A DNA stretch of 64,000 nt from an uncultured Ignavibacteriales bacterium (GTDB lineage: Bacteria > Zixibacteria > MSB-5A5 > GN15 > FEB-12), in the NCBI GenBank assembly GCA_964371785.1, contig CAYJOL010000002.1:149229-213228 (forward strand), in the 5' to 3' direction. A program made the translations under genes and the position numbers. The notes beneath the pieces were generated by a model. That model searched no databases, had not been told where the DNA came from, and was given only the letters and a program-made list of their open reading frames with translations. How positions within the stretch are numbered: position 1 is the first letter of the stretch; each line of letters opens with the position of its first letter. Below are positions 9,774-19,288 of the stretch, one piece after another.

Positions 9774-10908
9774 AAAGATACTCCTGCTGACTTTCGAATT
9801 CCCGCCGTTCCGGGGAGGAATCGGAAGGTACGCTGCACAACTGGCCCTGGGAGCTCACCGATGTGGATGCGAAATTGTGGTCGTGGCGCCGGACTTCAGA
9901 CAAGATAATACTGAGGAGGATGCGGAGATATTTCCGTTTCAGGTTCGTCGATTCAAGGGCACCATCTACTCGGCGGGACAATTTCCCGGCATGGTCCAGC
10001 GGATCAGACATTTGATAGGCGCCGCAAGATACGACATCATCCATGCTATAGACTGGCCCAACAGCCTGGCGCTTACCCTGCTCAACCGGTTCGTTACCGT
10101 GAACTTCATCGCTACCGTGTATGGAACCGAAATCCTCGGCGTAGTCAGCTCCCGTCATGTCCGATATCTCTCCGGAGGAAAACTCTTTACCTGCCCGACT
10201 GAGCTACTCGCCATCAGCCAGTTCACCAAAAGCCTCCTGCTTGACAGACATCCCGAAGTGGATGCGAGTAGAGTCCGCGTGACGCCGCTCGGGGTTGACA
10301 TGGCCTTCTTTGAAAAGCCACGAAAGAACCATGCAATACGAGAAAAATACCTTATCCCGGACAACCGAAAGATACTTTTGACCGTCTCTCGAATAGATGA
10401 ACGCAAGGGGCATCGAGTAGTGCTTCAGGGACTGGCTAATCTTCCCGCCGAAATGCGCAAAGAAATTGCATATGTCATCACCGGGGAAACCCAGGATGAT
10501 GCCTACCTCAAGGAGCTTCGCACCCTCGCCTCCCGGATAGATGTGCCGGTAATTTTCACCGGCTCAGTAAGTGAAGACGAATTGCGCGCCCTATATGCGA
10601 GTGCATACCTATTCTGCATGCCGGGGGAACCACATCCGGCCAAAGTGGAAGGGTTTGGGTTGGTGTATCTGGAGGCGGCGGCCCAGGGGGTAGCTTCTAT
10701 CGCTTCTTCCATAGGCGCTATCCCGGAAGTAGTTGTGCACGAGCAGACGGGCCTATTGGTCGAACCGATGAACATTAATGCCATGAGCGAAGCGCTGGCC
10801 CGTCTCCTGTCGGATCCCGACCAGACCCGCCGCCTCGGTCAAAACGCCAGAGATCGCGCGGCCACCTTCACCTGGGAGAATTGTGCCCGCGAAAGCTATC
10901 GACTATAG
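9766..10908 (+). CDS. glycosyltransferase family 4
   Basis: GT-B fold with EGFGLVYLEAAAQGVASIAS (E-x7-E motif). Start trimmed to MSKKILLLTFEFPP. Confidence 0.75.
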   Translation: MSKKILLLTFEFPPFRGGIGRYAAQLALGAHRCGCEIVVVAPDFRQDNTEEDAEIFPFQVRRFKGTIYSAGQFPGMVQRIRHLIGAARYDIIHAIDWPNSLALTLLNRFVTVNFIATVYGTEILGVVSSRHVRYLSGGKLFTCPTELLAISQFTKSLLLDRHPEVDASRVRVTPLGVDMAFFEKPRKNHAIREKYLIPDNRKILLTVSRIDERKGHRVVLQGLANLPAEMRKEIAYVITGETQDDAYLKELRTLASRIDVPVIFTGSVSEDELRALYASAYLFCMPGEPHPAKVEGFGLVYLEAAAQGVASIASSIGAIPEVVVHEQTGLLVEPMNINAMSEALARLLSDPDQTRRLGQNARDRAATFTWENCARESYRL

Positions 10909-10913
10909 AGTGT

Positions 10914-12098
10914 ATGAAAGTTCTTCTCATCAATTCGCTTTACGACCCCAATCATGTCGGCGGCGCAGAACGTTCCACTCAGCTTCTTGCCGAAGGATTG
11001 GTAAAAGCCGGTGCCCACCCGATCGTCATATCAACGGCCCAGAAAGACTCGGAAGGGACAGTCAACGGCGTCAAGGTTCACTATGTAAAGATATTCAATC
11101 TCTACTGGGTACGAAACGCCAAGAGCGCGCCCGCAATCAAGAAGCCGCTATGGCACTTGCTTGACGCCGATAACCCTACCGTACCGGCCCGACTCCGCCC
11201 CATAATTGCCCGGGAAAAACCGGATCTGATTCACACGGGGAATCTTACCGGATTTTCACCGTCAGTGTGGAGAGTTGCCCGGCAGGCAGGGATTCCCATA
11301 GTACACACCATTCGGGATATGTATCTTGGGTGTGTCCGGTCGGCCATGTTTCGAAAGGGAAAGATATGTGAATCGCAGTGTCTATCCTGTCGATTTTATT
11401 CGTTGCCCAAACGACGGCTCTCCCGATATGTGGACGGAGTGGTGGGCATCAGCAACTACATCCTGAAATGGCATCTCGATAACGGATACTTCTCGCGTGC
11501 AAAAGTCGAACAGTGTATCTTCAATTCTGTGGCGACCGGCGGGACTCGGTTAAACGGAGCCGACCCGCACCGCCAGGTGACTTTTGGATTTGTCGGCGCC
11601 ATCGCGCCACATAAAGGGATTGAACTGCTCTTGAGAACAGTTGTCGATATGAAGGGTGCAGACCTACGCGTGAAGATTTTCGGCCGCCCCCTTCAGGCTG
11701 GCTATGACAGTTTCTTGCGGGAGAAGTACGGCGACAATCGCATTGAATTCTGCGGCCATAAGGATCCGGAGGAGATCTTTTCTGCCATTGATGTCAACGT
11801 GGTGCCTTCGCTTTGTCATGAGGCGTTCGGGCGGGTGGTGCCGGAAGGCTACTCCTATGGTGTCCCGGCTATCGTGTCGAACCGGGGCGGTCTTCCGGAA
11901 ACGGTGGACGAGAATGCTACCGGCACGGTGTTTGACCCGGACATACCGGGAGATTTACGGGACCGCATTAGCCGGTTTGCGCAGCATCCTGAATTGGTTG
12001 AGCAAATGCGGGGTGCGTGTTTGAATCGCGTTGAGCTATACTCTCAGCAGAACATTGTAGCCAAATATCTTGATTTGTATGAGAGGCTGCTGCCATGA
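10914..12098 (+). CDS. glycosyltransferase family 4
   Basis: MKVLLINSLYDPNHVGGAERST start; GT4 C-terminal motif EAFGRVVPEGYSYGVPAIVS. Confidence 0.75.
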   Translation: MKVLLINSLYDPNHVGGAERSTQLLAEGLVKAGAHPIVISTAQKDSEGTVNGVKVHYVKIFNLYWVRNAKSAPAIKKPLWHLLDADNPTVPARLRPIIAREKPDLIHTGNLTGFSPSVWRVARQAGIPIVHTIRDMYLGCVRSAMFRKGKICESQCLSCRFYSLPKRRLSRYVDGVVGISNYILKWHLDNGYFSRAKVEQCIFNSVATGGTRLNGADPHRQVTFGFVGAIAPHKGIELLLRTVVDMKGADLRVKIFGRPLQAGYDSFLREKYGDNRIEFCGHKDPEEIFSAIDVNVVPSLCHEAFGRVVPEGYSYGVPAIVSNRGGLPETVDENATGTVFDPDIPGDLRDRISRFAQHPELVEQMRGACLNRVELYSQQNIVAKYLDLYERLLP

Positions 12099-13366
12099 AA
12101 CGGCTGGCGGAGATATCATTGATAATCTGGTTCGCGCTGCAGGCCGCCGATGGCGCGCTCCGGTTCGTGTTTGTATCCGCCGGTGTCCCTACGCTGGTTT
12201 ATGCGAAAGACGCCATTCTGCTGGCGATATTCGCATACTTCGTTTTACTGACCGTCAGTCGGTTTGCCGCTAATCGCACATTAACAGTACTTTTCGCCCT
12301 CTTGTTATTCGGCTTTACTGTTGGCTTAGTGAACGGCCTGTCGTTTGGTCAGGTCATGTTTGGCGCCAAAATATACCTGCCTTTTCTGGTCGGCTTCATG
12401 GCACTTTCATGCTTTGATATTCGGGATTCGGTCTTTACCCGCCTGTACCACATTGTATTACCATTTGTCCTCGTCGGATTATTCCTTGACCTAGTCATTA
12501 CGCTCCCGTGGGGAGGATTTGAATACGAACTGGCGGGAACTTCAATCGAAGGATCGCGCCAGTGGGGAATGTACGGATTGTCGCGGCTCGCCGGGTTCGG
12601 GCGAAGCTCGTTCGCGACAGCCACCGAGTTGTATGTACTCGCGGTGCTGTACATGGCCGTGACCTTCAGAAGTAAAGTCGAACGGAGTCGACTGAAAAAG
12701 ATGTTCGATGCCATGCTCATGGTTTGTGCAATAGCCGGTATCGTCCTGACCACGTCGAAATCATCCATATTCGCCATGCTCTTAATATTATTTGTCTACG
12801 GACTCATCTGGCTGATGCGAAACAAATCGGGGCGTTTCGTGCGCATCGCTCTTAAATTGCTGCTGGTAATCCTGTTGGTGTACGGAGTCGTACCGCCGCT
12901 AATCTCGCTCATCTCACCATCTTTTATCACGGATCATCTTCACTCAGACAACCTGGTGGTTACGGCACTGTCGGCATCCTATGTCGACCGGATGGAGAAT
13001 ATGTGGCCCGCCGCATACGACCTGCTGCGTGGCGACATGATGTTTTTGACCGGTCGCGGGCTGGGAAGTATCGGGACCTCGCAACTCTATTTCGAACCGG
13101 ACAAGTATAATCCGGCCGATAACGTCTACTTGTACCTCCTTGTGCAATTCGGCTCGGTTATTCTGCTTCTATTTTTGATCTGGGTGGTTGGCAAGATTGG
13201 TCGAATCACCGTGAGCCGAGCAAGCCTGAGTACCAGGGTGTTCTTCCTTCTTACCTTGCTCGCCTTCGGCGCGACAATGAACGTGGTGGAATCCGCACCT
13301 CTGATGATACTGCTGGGGATGATGCTGGCCATGGAGGAGCGACTGGGATTGGGCGATGATAGTTAA
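12095..13366 (+). CDS. O-antigen ligase / Wzy-like polymerase membrane protein
   Basis: About 10-12 TM helices with a large periplasmic loop (RLAGFGRSSFATATELY), as in Wzy_C/O-antigen ligase family proteins. Confidence 0.55.
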   Translation: MKRLAEISLIIWFALQAADGALRFVFVSAGVPTLVYAKDAILLAIFAYFVLLTVSRFAANRTLTVLFALLLFGFTVGLVNGLSFGQVMFGAKIYLPFLVGFMALSCFDIRDSVFTRLYHIVLPFVLVGLFLDLVITLPWGGFEYELAGTSIEGSRQWGMYGLSRLAGFGRSSFATATELYVLAVLYMAVTFRSKVERSRLKKMFDAMLMVCAIAGIVLTTSKSSIFAMLLILFVYGLIWLMRNKSGRFVRIALKLLLVILLVYGVVPPLISLISPSFITDHLHSDNLVVTALSASYVDRMENMWPAAYDLLRGDMMFLTGRGLGSIGTSQLYFEPDKYNPADNVYLYLLVQFGSVILLLFLIWVVGKIGRITVSRASLSTRVFFLLTLLAFGATMNVVESAPLMILLGMMLAMEERLGLGDDS

Positions 13367-14423
13367 CGCTCGCTTCCTTTCCCAACCGGTCACCGGCGTG
13401 CAGCGGCATGCGATCGAAATCAGCCGGATGATTAAGGAGATTCGACCGGAGACGTTGTTTGTATCACCGAGGAGGATTATCAATCACGATGCCGCCGGGA
13501 TATTGAACCCGATCACCATCGGCCGCGGTGCCGGCTACTTCTGGGAGCAAATTGAACTCCCCTGGTATCTGAATAGACACCATCGGGGAGACTTGTTGAT
13601 CAATCTTGCCAACATGGCGCCTGTGTACTACCGCCCTAAATTGGTCACTATACATGACACTGCGCCGCTTCGACATCCGGAATGGTATTCAAAGCGCTTC
13701 GCTTTCGCCTACCGAACCTTACTTCCCAGGATTGCCCGCAAGTCGGAAGTCGTCGTGACAGACAGCGAGTTTTCCCGCTCCGAGATTTGTTCAATCATGC
13801 AGGTAAGTCCCGCGGCAGTCAAAGTCGTCTACTGCGCGGTGCCACAGACCCTAAACGCAGCTGATACCTTAAGTATGGAAGTCTTTCGCAGTCCATATAT
13901 CCTCTGTGTCGCGTCGCTTGATCCAAGAAAGAACCTTCGCAGATTGCTTGACGCCTTCTTTGCGCTCGAATCGCCCGATCTGAAGCTGGTGGTGGTGGGG
14001 GCGAGTAACTCAACGGTCTTTGCCGATCGGGGCATCAGCGATGCTATTGAGGGCCGGACCAATGTGGTTCTGGCGGGAGCGGTCGATGACGCAAGGCTTC
14101 GCAATCTGTACGCGAATGCGGAACTCTTTGTCTATCCGTCGCTTTACGAAGGATTCGGCCTGCCGCCGCTTGAAGCTATGGCATGCGGATGTCCTTGCCT
14201 GGTCGCGCGGGTCGCATCGCTGCCTGAGATTTGCGCCGATGCCGCCGAATACTGCGACCCTGAGGATTCAACCGATATTGAAGCTAAAATGCGATCACTC
14301 CTTGCCGATAGTAATAAAATGAACGATCTTCGCATTCGAGGCAGAGCGCGAGCCGCTGAATTCTCCTGGCGGAAATCGGCCGAGATACTGCTTGAACTTG
14401 CCGAAAGTGTAACGGGTAAATGA
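13356..14423 (+). CDS. glycosyltransferase family 4
   Basis: EGFGLPPLEAMACGCPCLVARVASLPE motif. Confidence 0.75.
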   Translation: MIVNARFLSQPVTGVQRHAIEISRMIKEIRPETLFVSPRRIINHDAAGILNPITIGRGAGYFWEQIELPWYLNRHHRGDLLINLANMAPVYYRPKLVTIHDTAPLRHPEWYSKRFAFAYRTLLPRIARKSEVVVTDSEFSRSEICSIMQVSPAAVKVVYCAVPQTLNAADTLSMEVFRSPYILCVASLDPRKNLRRLLDAFFALESPDLKLVVVGASNSTVFADRGISDAIEGRTNVVLAGAVDDARLRNLYANAELFVYPSLYEGFGLPPLEAMACGCPCLVARVASLPEICADAAEYCDPEDSTDIEAKMRSLLADSNKMNDLRIRGRARAAEFSWRKSAEILLELAESVTGK

Positions 14424-15616
14424 AAATAGCGATCGTCCATGACTGGCTGATTACTTTCGGCGGCGCCGAGCGCACGCTTGAGCAGATGCTGAAGGTCTAT
14501 CCGGAAGCGGACCTGTTCGCGCTGTATGATTTCGTACCGGAGCGGGACCGCGGATTTATTCAGCACAAACCGGTCACGACCTCCTTTCTTCAGCACTTCC
14601 CCTTCGCGAAAAGCAAATACCGGAGCTATCTGCCTTTCATGCCCATGGCCGTGGAACAACTCGATCTCTCCGGCTACGATGTGGTCATTTCAAGCTCCTA
14701 CGCCTGCGCCAAGGGTGTTATCACCGGGCCGGATCAATTGCACATCTCCTACGTCTACTCGCCGATTCGATACGCCTGGGATATGATGCATCAGTATCTT
14801 GACCAATCCCATCTCAAGCATGGCCTGAGGAGTTGGATTGTCAGATACATGCTCCACCGCATACGCCTCTGGGACTACCGGACGGCCGCCGGTGTCGATG
14901 AATTTGTGGCTATCTCGGAATACATTGCGCGACGGATTCAAAAGGTGTACCGGAGACACGCGTCGGTGATTTACCCACCGGTCGATGTTGACGCCTATCA
15001 GTTGTGTGAACAAAAGGAAGATTTCTACCTGACTGCATCGCGGATGGTCCCATACAAGAAGATGGATGTCATCGCTGAGGCGTTCTCGCATCTTCCGGAC
15101 AAACGACTGGTCATAATCGGTGATGGTCCGGAGTACAGACGGGTGAAGGCGAAGGCGGGGCCTAATGTCGCCCTATTGGGGTATCAACCTTACGATGTCC
15201 TGCTGGACCACATGCAGCGAGCGCGCGCGTTTGTATTCGCGGCCGAGGAAGATTTCGGTATTGTGCCTATCGAAGCGCAGGCATGCGGAACGCCCGTGAT
15301 CGCATTCGGTAAGGGCGGGTGCCTGGAAACAGTGACTGAGTTGGAAAGCGGAATATTCTTTGACAAGCAAGACGCAAAAACCATAGCCGATGCCATCTTG
15401 CGTTTCGAGACCCGACCTGACTGTTTCGAACCTGCCCAAATACGCCAACATGCTCTCAAATTCTCGAGCGAACGGTTCCGGAGTGAATTCAAACGGTTTG
15501 TCGACCGCGCTGTTCACACACACATGACTAATCTTGACGACACTGGCAAGCGCCGACCAACCGCACGAGTTGAACCGTTCACATCCACTCTATCAGACTC
15601 CTCTGCGACTGACTAA
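14420..15616 (+). CDS. glycosyltransferase family 4
   Basis: MKIAIVHDWLITFGGAERTLE start; C-terminal EDFGIVPIEAQACGTPVIA motif. Confidence 0.75.
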   Translation: MKIAIVHDWLITFGGAERTLEQMLKVYPEADLFALYDFVPERDRGFIQHKPVTTSFLQHFPFAKSKYRSYLPFMPMAVEQLDLSGYDVVISSSYACAKGVITGPDQLHISYVYSPIRYAWDMMHQYLDQSHLKHGLRSWIVRYMLHRIRLWDYRTAAGVDEFVAISEYIARRIQKVYRRHASVIYPPVDVDAYQLCEQKEDFYLTASRMVPYKKMDVIAEAFSHLPDKRLVIIGDGPEYRRVKAKAGPNVALLGYQPYDVLLDHMQRARAFVFAAEEDFGIVPIEAQACGTPVIAFGKGGCLETVTELESGIFFDKQDAKTIADAILRFETRPDCFEPAQIRQHALKFSSERFRSEFKRFVDRAVHTHMTNLDDTGKRRPTARVEPFTSTLSDSSATD

Positions 15617-15817
15617 CCAGATTCTCAAACAACCAGTCTTCAGGAATTTTTTTCCGAGTCATTCGGAAAGGAATGCGGTCTGTTCGGACGCGGCTTGATT
15701 CGGCCAGAATTCGCCGCCCGTAATTGACTGATTGCCTTTACGTTATCACATTCGATTTTGCGCCCCGTCAGGCACGCGATTTGTATGTCATTGTGTGGAT
15801 ACCTATAAGGAGATTGC

Positions 15818-16924
15818 ATGCGTAATCGATTCGCGTCTGAAAATAACGATACCCCGATGAGTTCAGAGTCCTCGACCGCGGGAGGGAAACGTTCGGGATA
15901 TGAACTTAATTTCTTTGAGCTCGGGTCATCGCTGCTACGATATAAGCGACCGATCAGCTATGCCGTCGGCATTGTAGTTGTCGTCACGGTGGCGATCTTG
16001 CTGCTTATGCCCAACCTGTACACTTCCCGGGCCTCGATCCTTCCCTCCGGCCCACAGGATAAGCTGGCCGACTTAAAATCGTTGGCCGGACTCGGCGCTA
16101 TTACCTCGGTAGATGAAAACTCCTCCGAACTATATCCAAGCATTCTTCGCTCGCGAGTCGTGGCAGATGCGATCCTGGATGCTCACTATACTTACCACGC
16201 AGGCAAATCTACTGTCGACACGACACTCGCCGACTATCTGGAGCAGCCCGATCGCGACAGACTGTATGCGGCCCTCGATGAATTGTTCAGTGTAGATATC
16301 GATAAGAAGACCGGAATCATCAAAGTAGCCGTTGAGACGCCATATCCTTCATTGTCTCAGGCCATCCTGACGAGATATTTGAACGAACTTGAGAACTTCA
16401 ATATGTACAAGCGGCGGTCTCAGGCTAAGGAAAATGCGAGATATCTCGCCGAACAACTGGAACAGAAGGCACAAGAGCTTGCAAAAGCGGAAAACGCGTT
16501 GCAGGAATTTCAGTCGCAGAACCAGAACTGGTTCGGCTCTACTAATGGCGGGATTGTCAAAGAACTCTCTCAATATCAGCGGGAAGTTGAAATTCGCACC
16601 CAGGCCTACGGATATCTTACCCAGCAGTACGAGATTGCCAAGCTCGACGCTCAAAAGGATGTGCCGATAGTGCGGACGCTTGATGACCCATCGCTGCCCG
16701 TTCGCAAATCAGGTCCCTTCCGTTCCCGGATTCTCCTGCTGGTTACGATGCTGGCTACGGTATTAACGAGCCTTTGCTGTCTCATAGCCGACAGCATTGA
16801 GCGTCGCCGGCACCGTCACATCGATCCGGCATTCAACAGATTCAGAAATGACCTCATCGATGCTTTTCCCCGCGTTCACAAATTCGTGGTCAAACGCAAG
16901 AGCGAACAAGTGACGGCGGTATAA
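15818..16924 (+). CDS. wzz: polysaccharide chain-length determinant (Wzz/GumC-like, no kinase domain)
   Basis: N-terminal TM helix, Wzz N-domain, long coiled-coil, C-terminal TM helix. Confidence 0.65.
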   Translation: MRNRFASENNDTPMSSESSTAGGKRSGYELNFFELGSSLLRYKRPISYAVGIVVVVTVAILLLMPNLYTSRASILPSGPQDKLADLKSLAGLGAITSVDENSSELYPSILRSRVVADAILDAHYTYHAGKSTVDTTLADYLEQPDRDRLYAALDELFSVDIDKKTGIIKVAVETPYPSLSQAILTRYLNELENFNMYKRRSQAKENARYLAEQLEQKAQELAKAENALQEFQSQNQNWFGSTNGGIVKELSQYQREVEIRTQAYGYLTQQYEIAKLDAQKDVPIVRTLDDPSLPVRKSGPFRSRILLLVTMLATVLTSLCCLIADSIERRRHRHIDPAFNRFRNDLIDAFPRVHKFVVKRKSEQVTAV

Positions 16925-16985
16925 AGTCCCTTCGAAATACTTATACTAATGCAGAAACATTAAATCGGCCAAATTGATGCATACG

Positions 16986-17027
16986 AAAACGGAACGACAC
17001 TTCCTATGTCGTTCCGTTTTTTTGTTG
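16986..17027. terminator. bidirectional rho-independent terminator
   Basis: AAAACGGAACGACA-loop-TGTCGTTCCGTTTTTTTTG: a perfect 10-bp stem flanked by an A-run upstream and a T-run downstream, so it works on both strands. Confidence 0.8.
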
Positions 17028-17059
17028 GGCGCTCTATGTCTCGAAAAGGAGCTTGTGGG

Positions 17060-17233
17060 GCTTAGTTGTTGTTCACCCGATAAATCTTCTTGGCATCGCC
17101 TTTATTCTTCTTGAACCGATCCACTATTGCCTTCGGACTGGTCAGAATACCGACGAGGATATTTCCGCTTGGTACAAACGCAAAGAAGGGCGATGATTTC
17201 TTGCTGCGTTTCTTGGGGTGCTTTATCTGGTAC
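17060..17233 (-). CDS. small Lys-rich hypothetical protein (57 aa), not in the ORF track (<60 aa)
   Basis: ATG at 17233 to TAA at 17060, reading MYQIKHPKKRSKKSSPFFAFVPSGNILVGILTSPKAIVDRFKKNKGDAKKIYRVNNN. It is convergent with wzz and ends just before the bidirectional terminator. Confidence 0.3.
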
Positions 17234-17738
17234 ATGCTTAGTTTCCTTTCTTACCTTTGTTTGCATATACCTATATCAAGCTCCGTGCCGGCTGTCGTGG
17301 CCGCCATGTATCTAATTGTTATTCTTGATGTTGCGCCAATAGACTAAGGTGTCAGGAGGTGCTGTTTCAATCTGAAACAGGAAAACTGTTCCGATCCTTA
17401 GGGAAAACAAAGATCAGGAGGATTTGACAAAGTTCTCGGGCACCGGTTTGGGCAAGGCAAATTTCGAATACCTCAAACCGGACAAAACGAGTCCGGAGTC
17501 AGCGAATGGAGTTCGCAGATTCTATCAGTGTGAAGACGGACTGAGGCTGAGCAGAAAAGCATGAGCAGACGCCGGTTGTACTCGCTGTTTGCGATATATA
17601 GGTCTATTTCACCTCTATTCGAAAGCCCAGGCAGACCCTCGGGCAGATACGATGTCGGGATAATTCACAAACGAGACGGGGAACAGTTGCAGAAAAACTA
17701 TTGTATAAGGATTTATTATTTAGCAAAACCCAAGGAGG

Positions 17739-19232
17739 TTGACGCAAGTGAATAAAGCAAATCTCAAACTCGTGATCCTGATGCTCGGATTGATTGCCAT
17801 TGCATACATATTACTCCCGAACATCCAATCGATCGAAAGGCAGACCTCGGCCGCGCATGCCTCGACAGCTATGAATGTCACAGCGTCGCAACGCCCGGTG
17901 AGCAGTCTTGCCGATCTCAACAATGCCTTTGTCGCAATAGCGGCTGAAGTTAAACCTACCGTTGTAACGGTGTTCACTGAAAAGACGTACGAAGTACAGC
18001 AGAGTCCGTTCATGAATCCTTTCTCTGACTTCTTTGGCGGTCAACAGGGACAATCGGGCGGACCGCCGCAACAGTATAAGCAGGAAGGGATGGGCTCCGG
18101 TGTAATCGTCAGCACCGATGGCCGGATTCTCACCAATTATCACGTCATCGCCGAGGCGGACAGCATCTACGTTCGCACATCGGATAAGAAGCAGTACACG
18201 GCCAAGATAATCGGCTCGGATGAAAAGACCGATGTCGCGGTAATCAAGATCGATGCCATGGATCTGCCGGTCATCAAGCTCGGTAACTCGGACAGTCTTC
18301 GGGTGGGGGAACTGGTGATGGCTATCGGCAGCCCGCTGAGCGAGGACCTCGCTCAGACCGTGACCCAGGGTATCGTGAGCGCTACCGGGCGTTCCAATAT
18401 CGGTCTCACCGACTCCGGGTATGAGGATTTTATCCAGACCGACGCCGCGATCAACCCGGGCAACTCCGGCGGCGCGCTTGTCAATATGAACGGTGAACTC
18501 GTTGGACTAAACAGCGCCATTGCTTCACGCAGCGGCGGATTCCAGGGAATAAGTTTTGCGGTTCCGTCTAATATGGCGGTCGCTATAATGAACTCGCTGC
18601 TTGCCAACGGTAAAGTCGTTCGTGGCTGGCTGGGCGTGAGCATTCAGGATATCAACGACAAAATCGCCAAGGCGATGGATCTGAAGGACCTCAATGGCGC
18701 GCTTGTCGGCGACGTGCTCAAGGACAGTCCGGCGGCCAAGGCAGGGTTGCAGGCCGGGGACGTCGTGGAGCAGCTCGATGGTAAGCCGGTCGACAATTCA
18801 TCGACCTTCCGAAGCGCGATAGCGTCCATGCTGCCGGGTGCGAGCGTCAGGCTGAGTATTATTCGCGATGGAAAAGCGATGGATATCACAGTGAAGCTTG
18901 GGGAAATGCCGTCGGACGGCACGTTGGCTGCCATCGGTGGCGATTTCAACCAGTTGCTTGGTTTCAATGTTAGCAATTCCTCCAGCGACCTGGCAAGAAA
19001 ATACGGACAGAACCCCAATCTGCTTGGGGTTATAGTCACTTCGGTTGACCAGAAAGGATCCGCCGCCCGCGCCGGACTCCAGGAAGGTGACTTGATTGTT
19101 GCGGTCAACAGACAGCGGACTCAAAATGTCGACGACTTCGCCGCCGCCTTGAAAGGTGTCAAAAAGGGAGATACTATTCTCATGCGCCTGCAACGCGGCG
19201 ACCAGGGATTTTTCCTCGCCTTTACCCTATAA
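17739..19232 (+). CDS. htrA: periplasmic serine endoprotease HtrA/DegP/DegQ family (trypsin domain plus two PDZ domains)
   Basis: Catalytic triad context (TNYHV ... DVAVIKI ... GNSGGALVN) and two PDZ domains. AGGAGG RBS at 17729; the true start may be GTG 17748 or ATG 17775. Confidence 0.85.
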   Translation: MTQVNKANLKLVILMLGLIAIAYILLPNIQSIERQTSAAHASTAMNVTASQRPVSSLADLNNAFVAIAAEVKPTVVTVFTEKTYEVQQSPFMNPFSDFFGGQQGQSGGPPQQYKQEGMGSGVIVSTDGRILTNYHVIAEADSIYVRTSDKKQYTAKIIGSDEKTDVAVIKIDAMDLPVIKLGNSDSLRVGELVMAIGSPLSEDLAQTVTQGIVSATGRSNIGLTDSGYEDFIQTDAAINPGNSGGALVNMNGELVGLNSAIASRSGGFQGISFAVPSNMAVAIMNSLLANGKVVRGWLGVSIQDINDKIAKAMDLKDLNGALVGDVLKDSPAAKAGLQAGDVVEQLDGKPVDNSSTFRSAIASMLPGASVRLSIIRDGKAMDITVKLGEMPSDGTLAAIGGDFNQLLGFNVSNSSSDLARKYGQNPNLLGVIVTSVDQKGSAARAGLQEGDLIVAVNRQRTQNVDDFAAALKGVKKGDTILMRLQRGDQGFFLAFTL

Positions 19233-19288
19233 ACTGACAGTAACCACTGCAGTCGACAAGCCCATCCATAACGGATGGGCTTGTCTTT

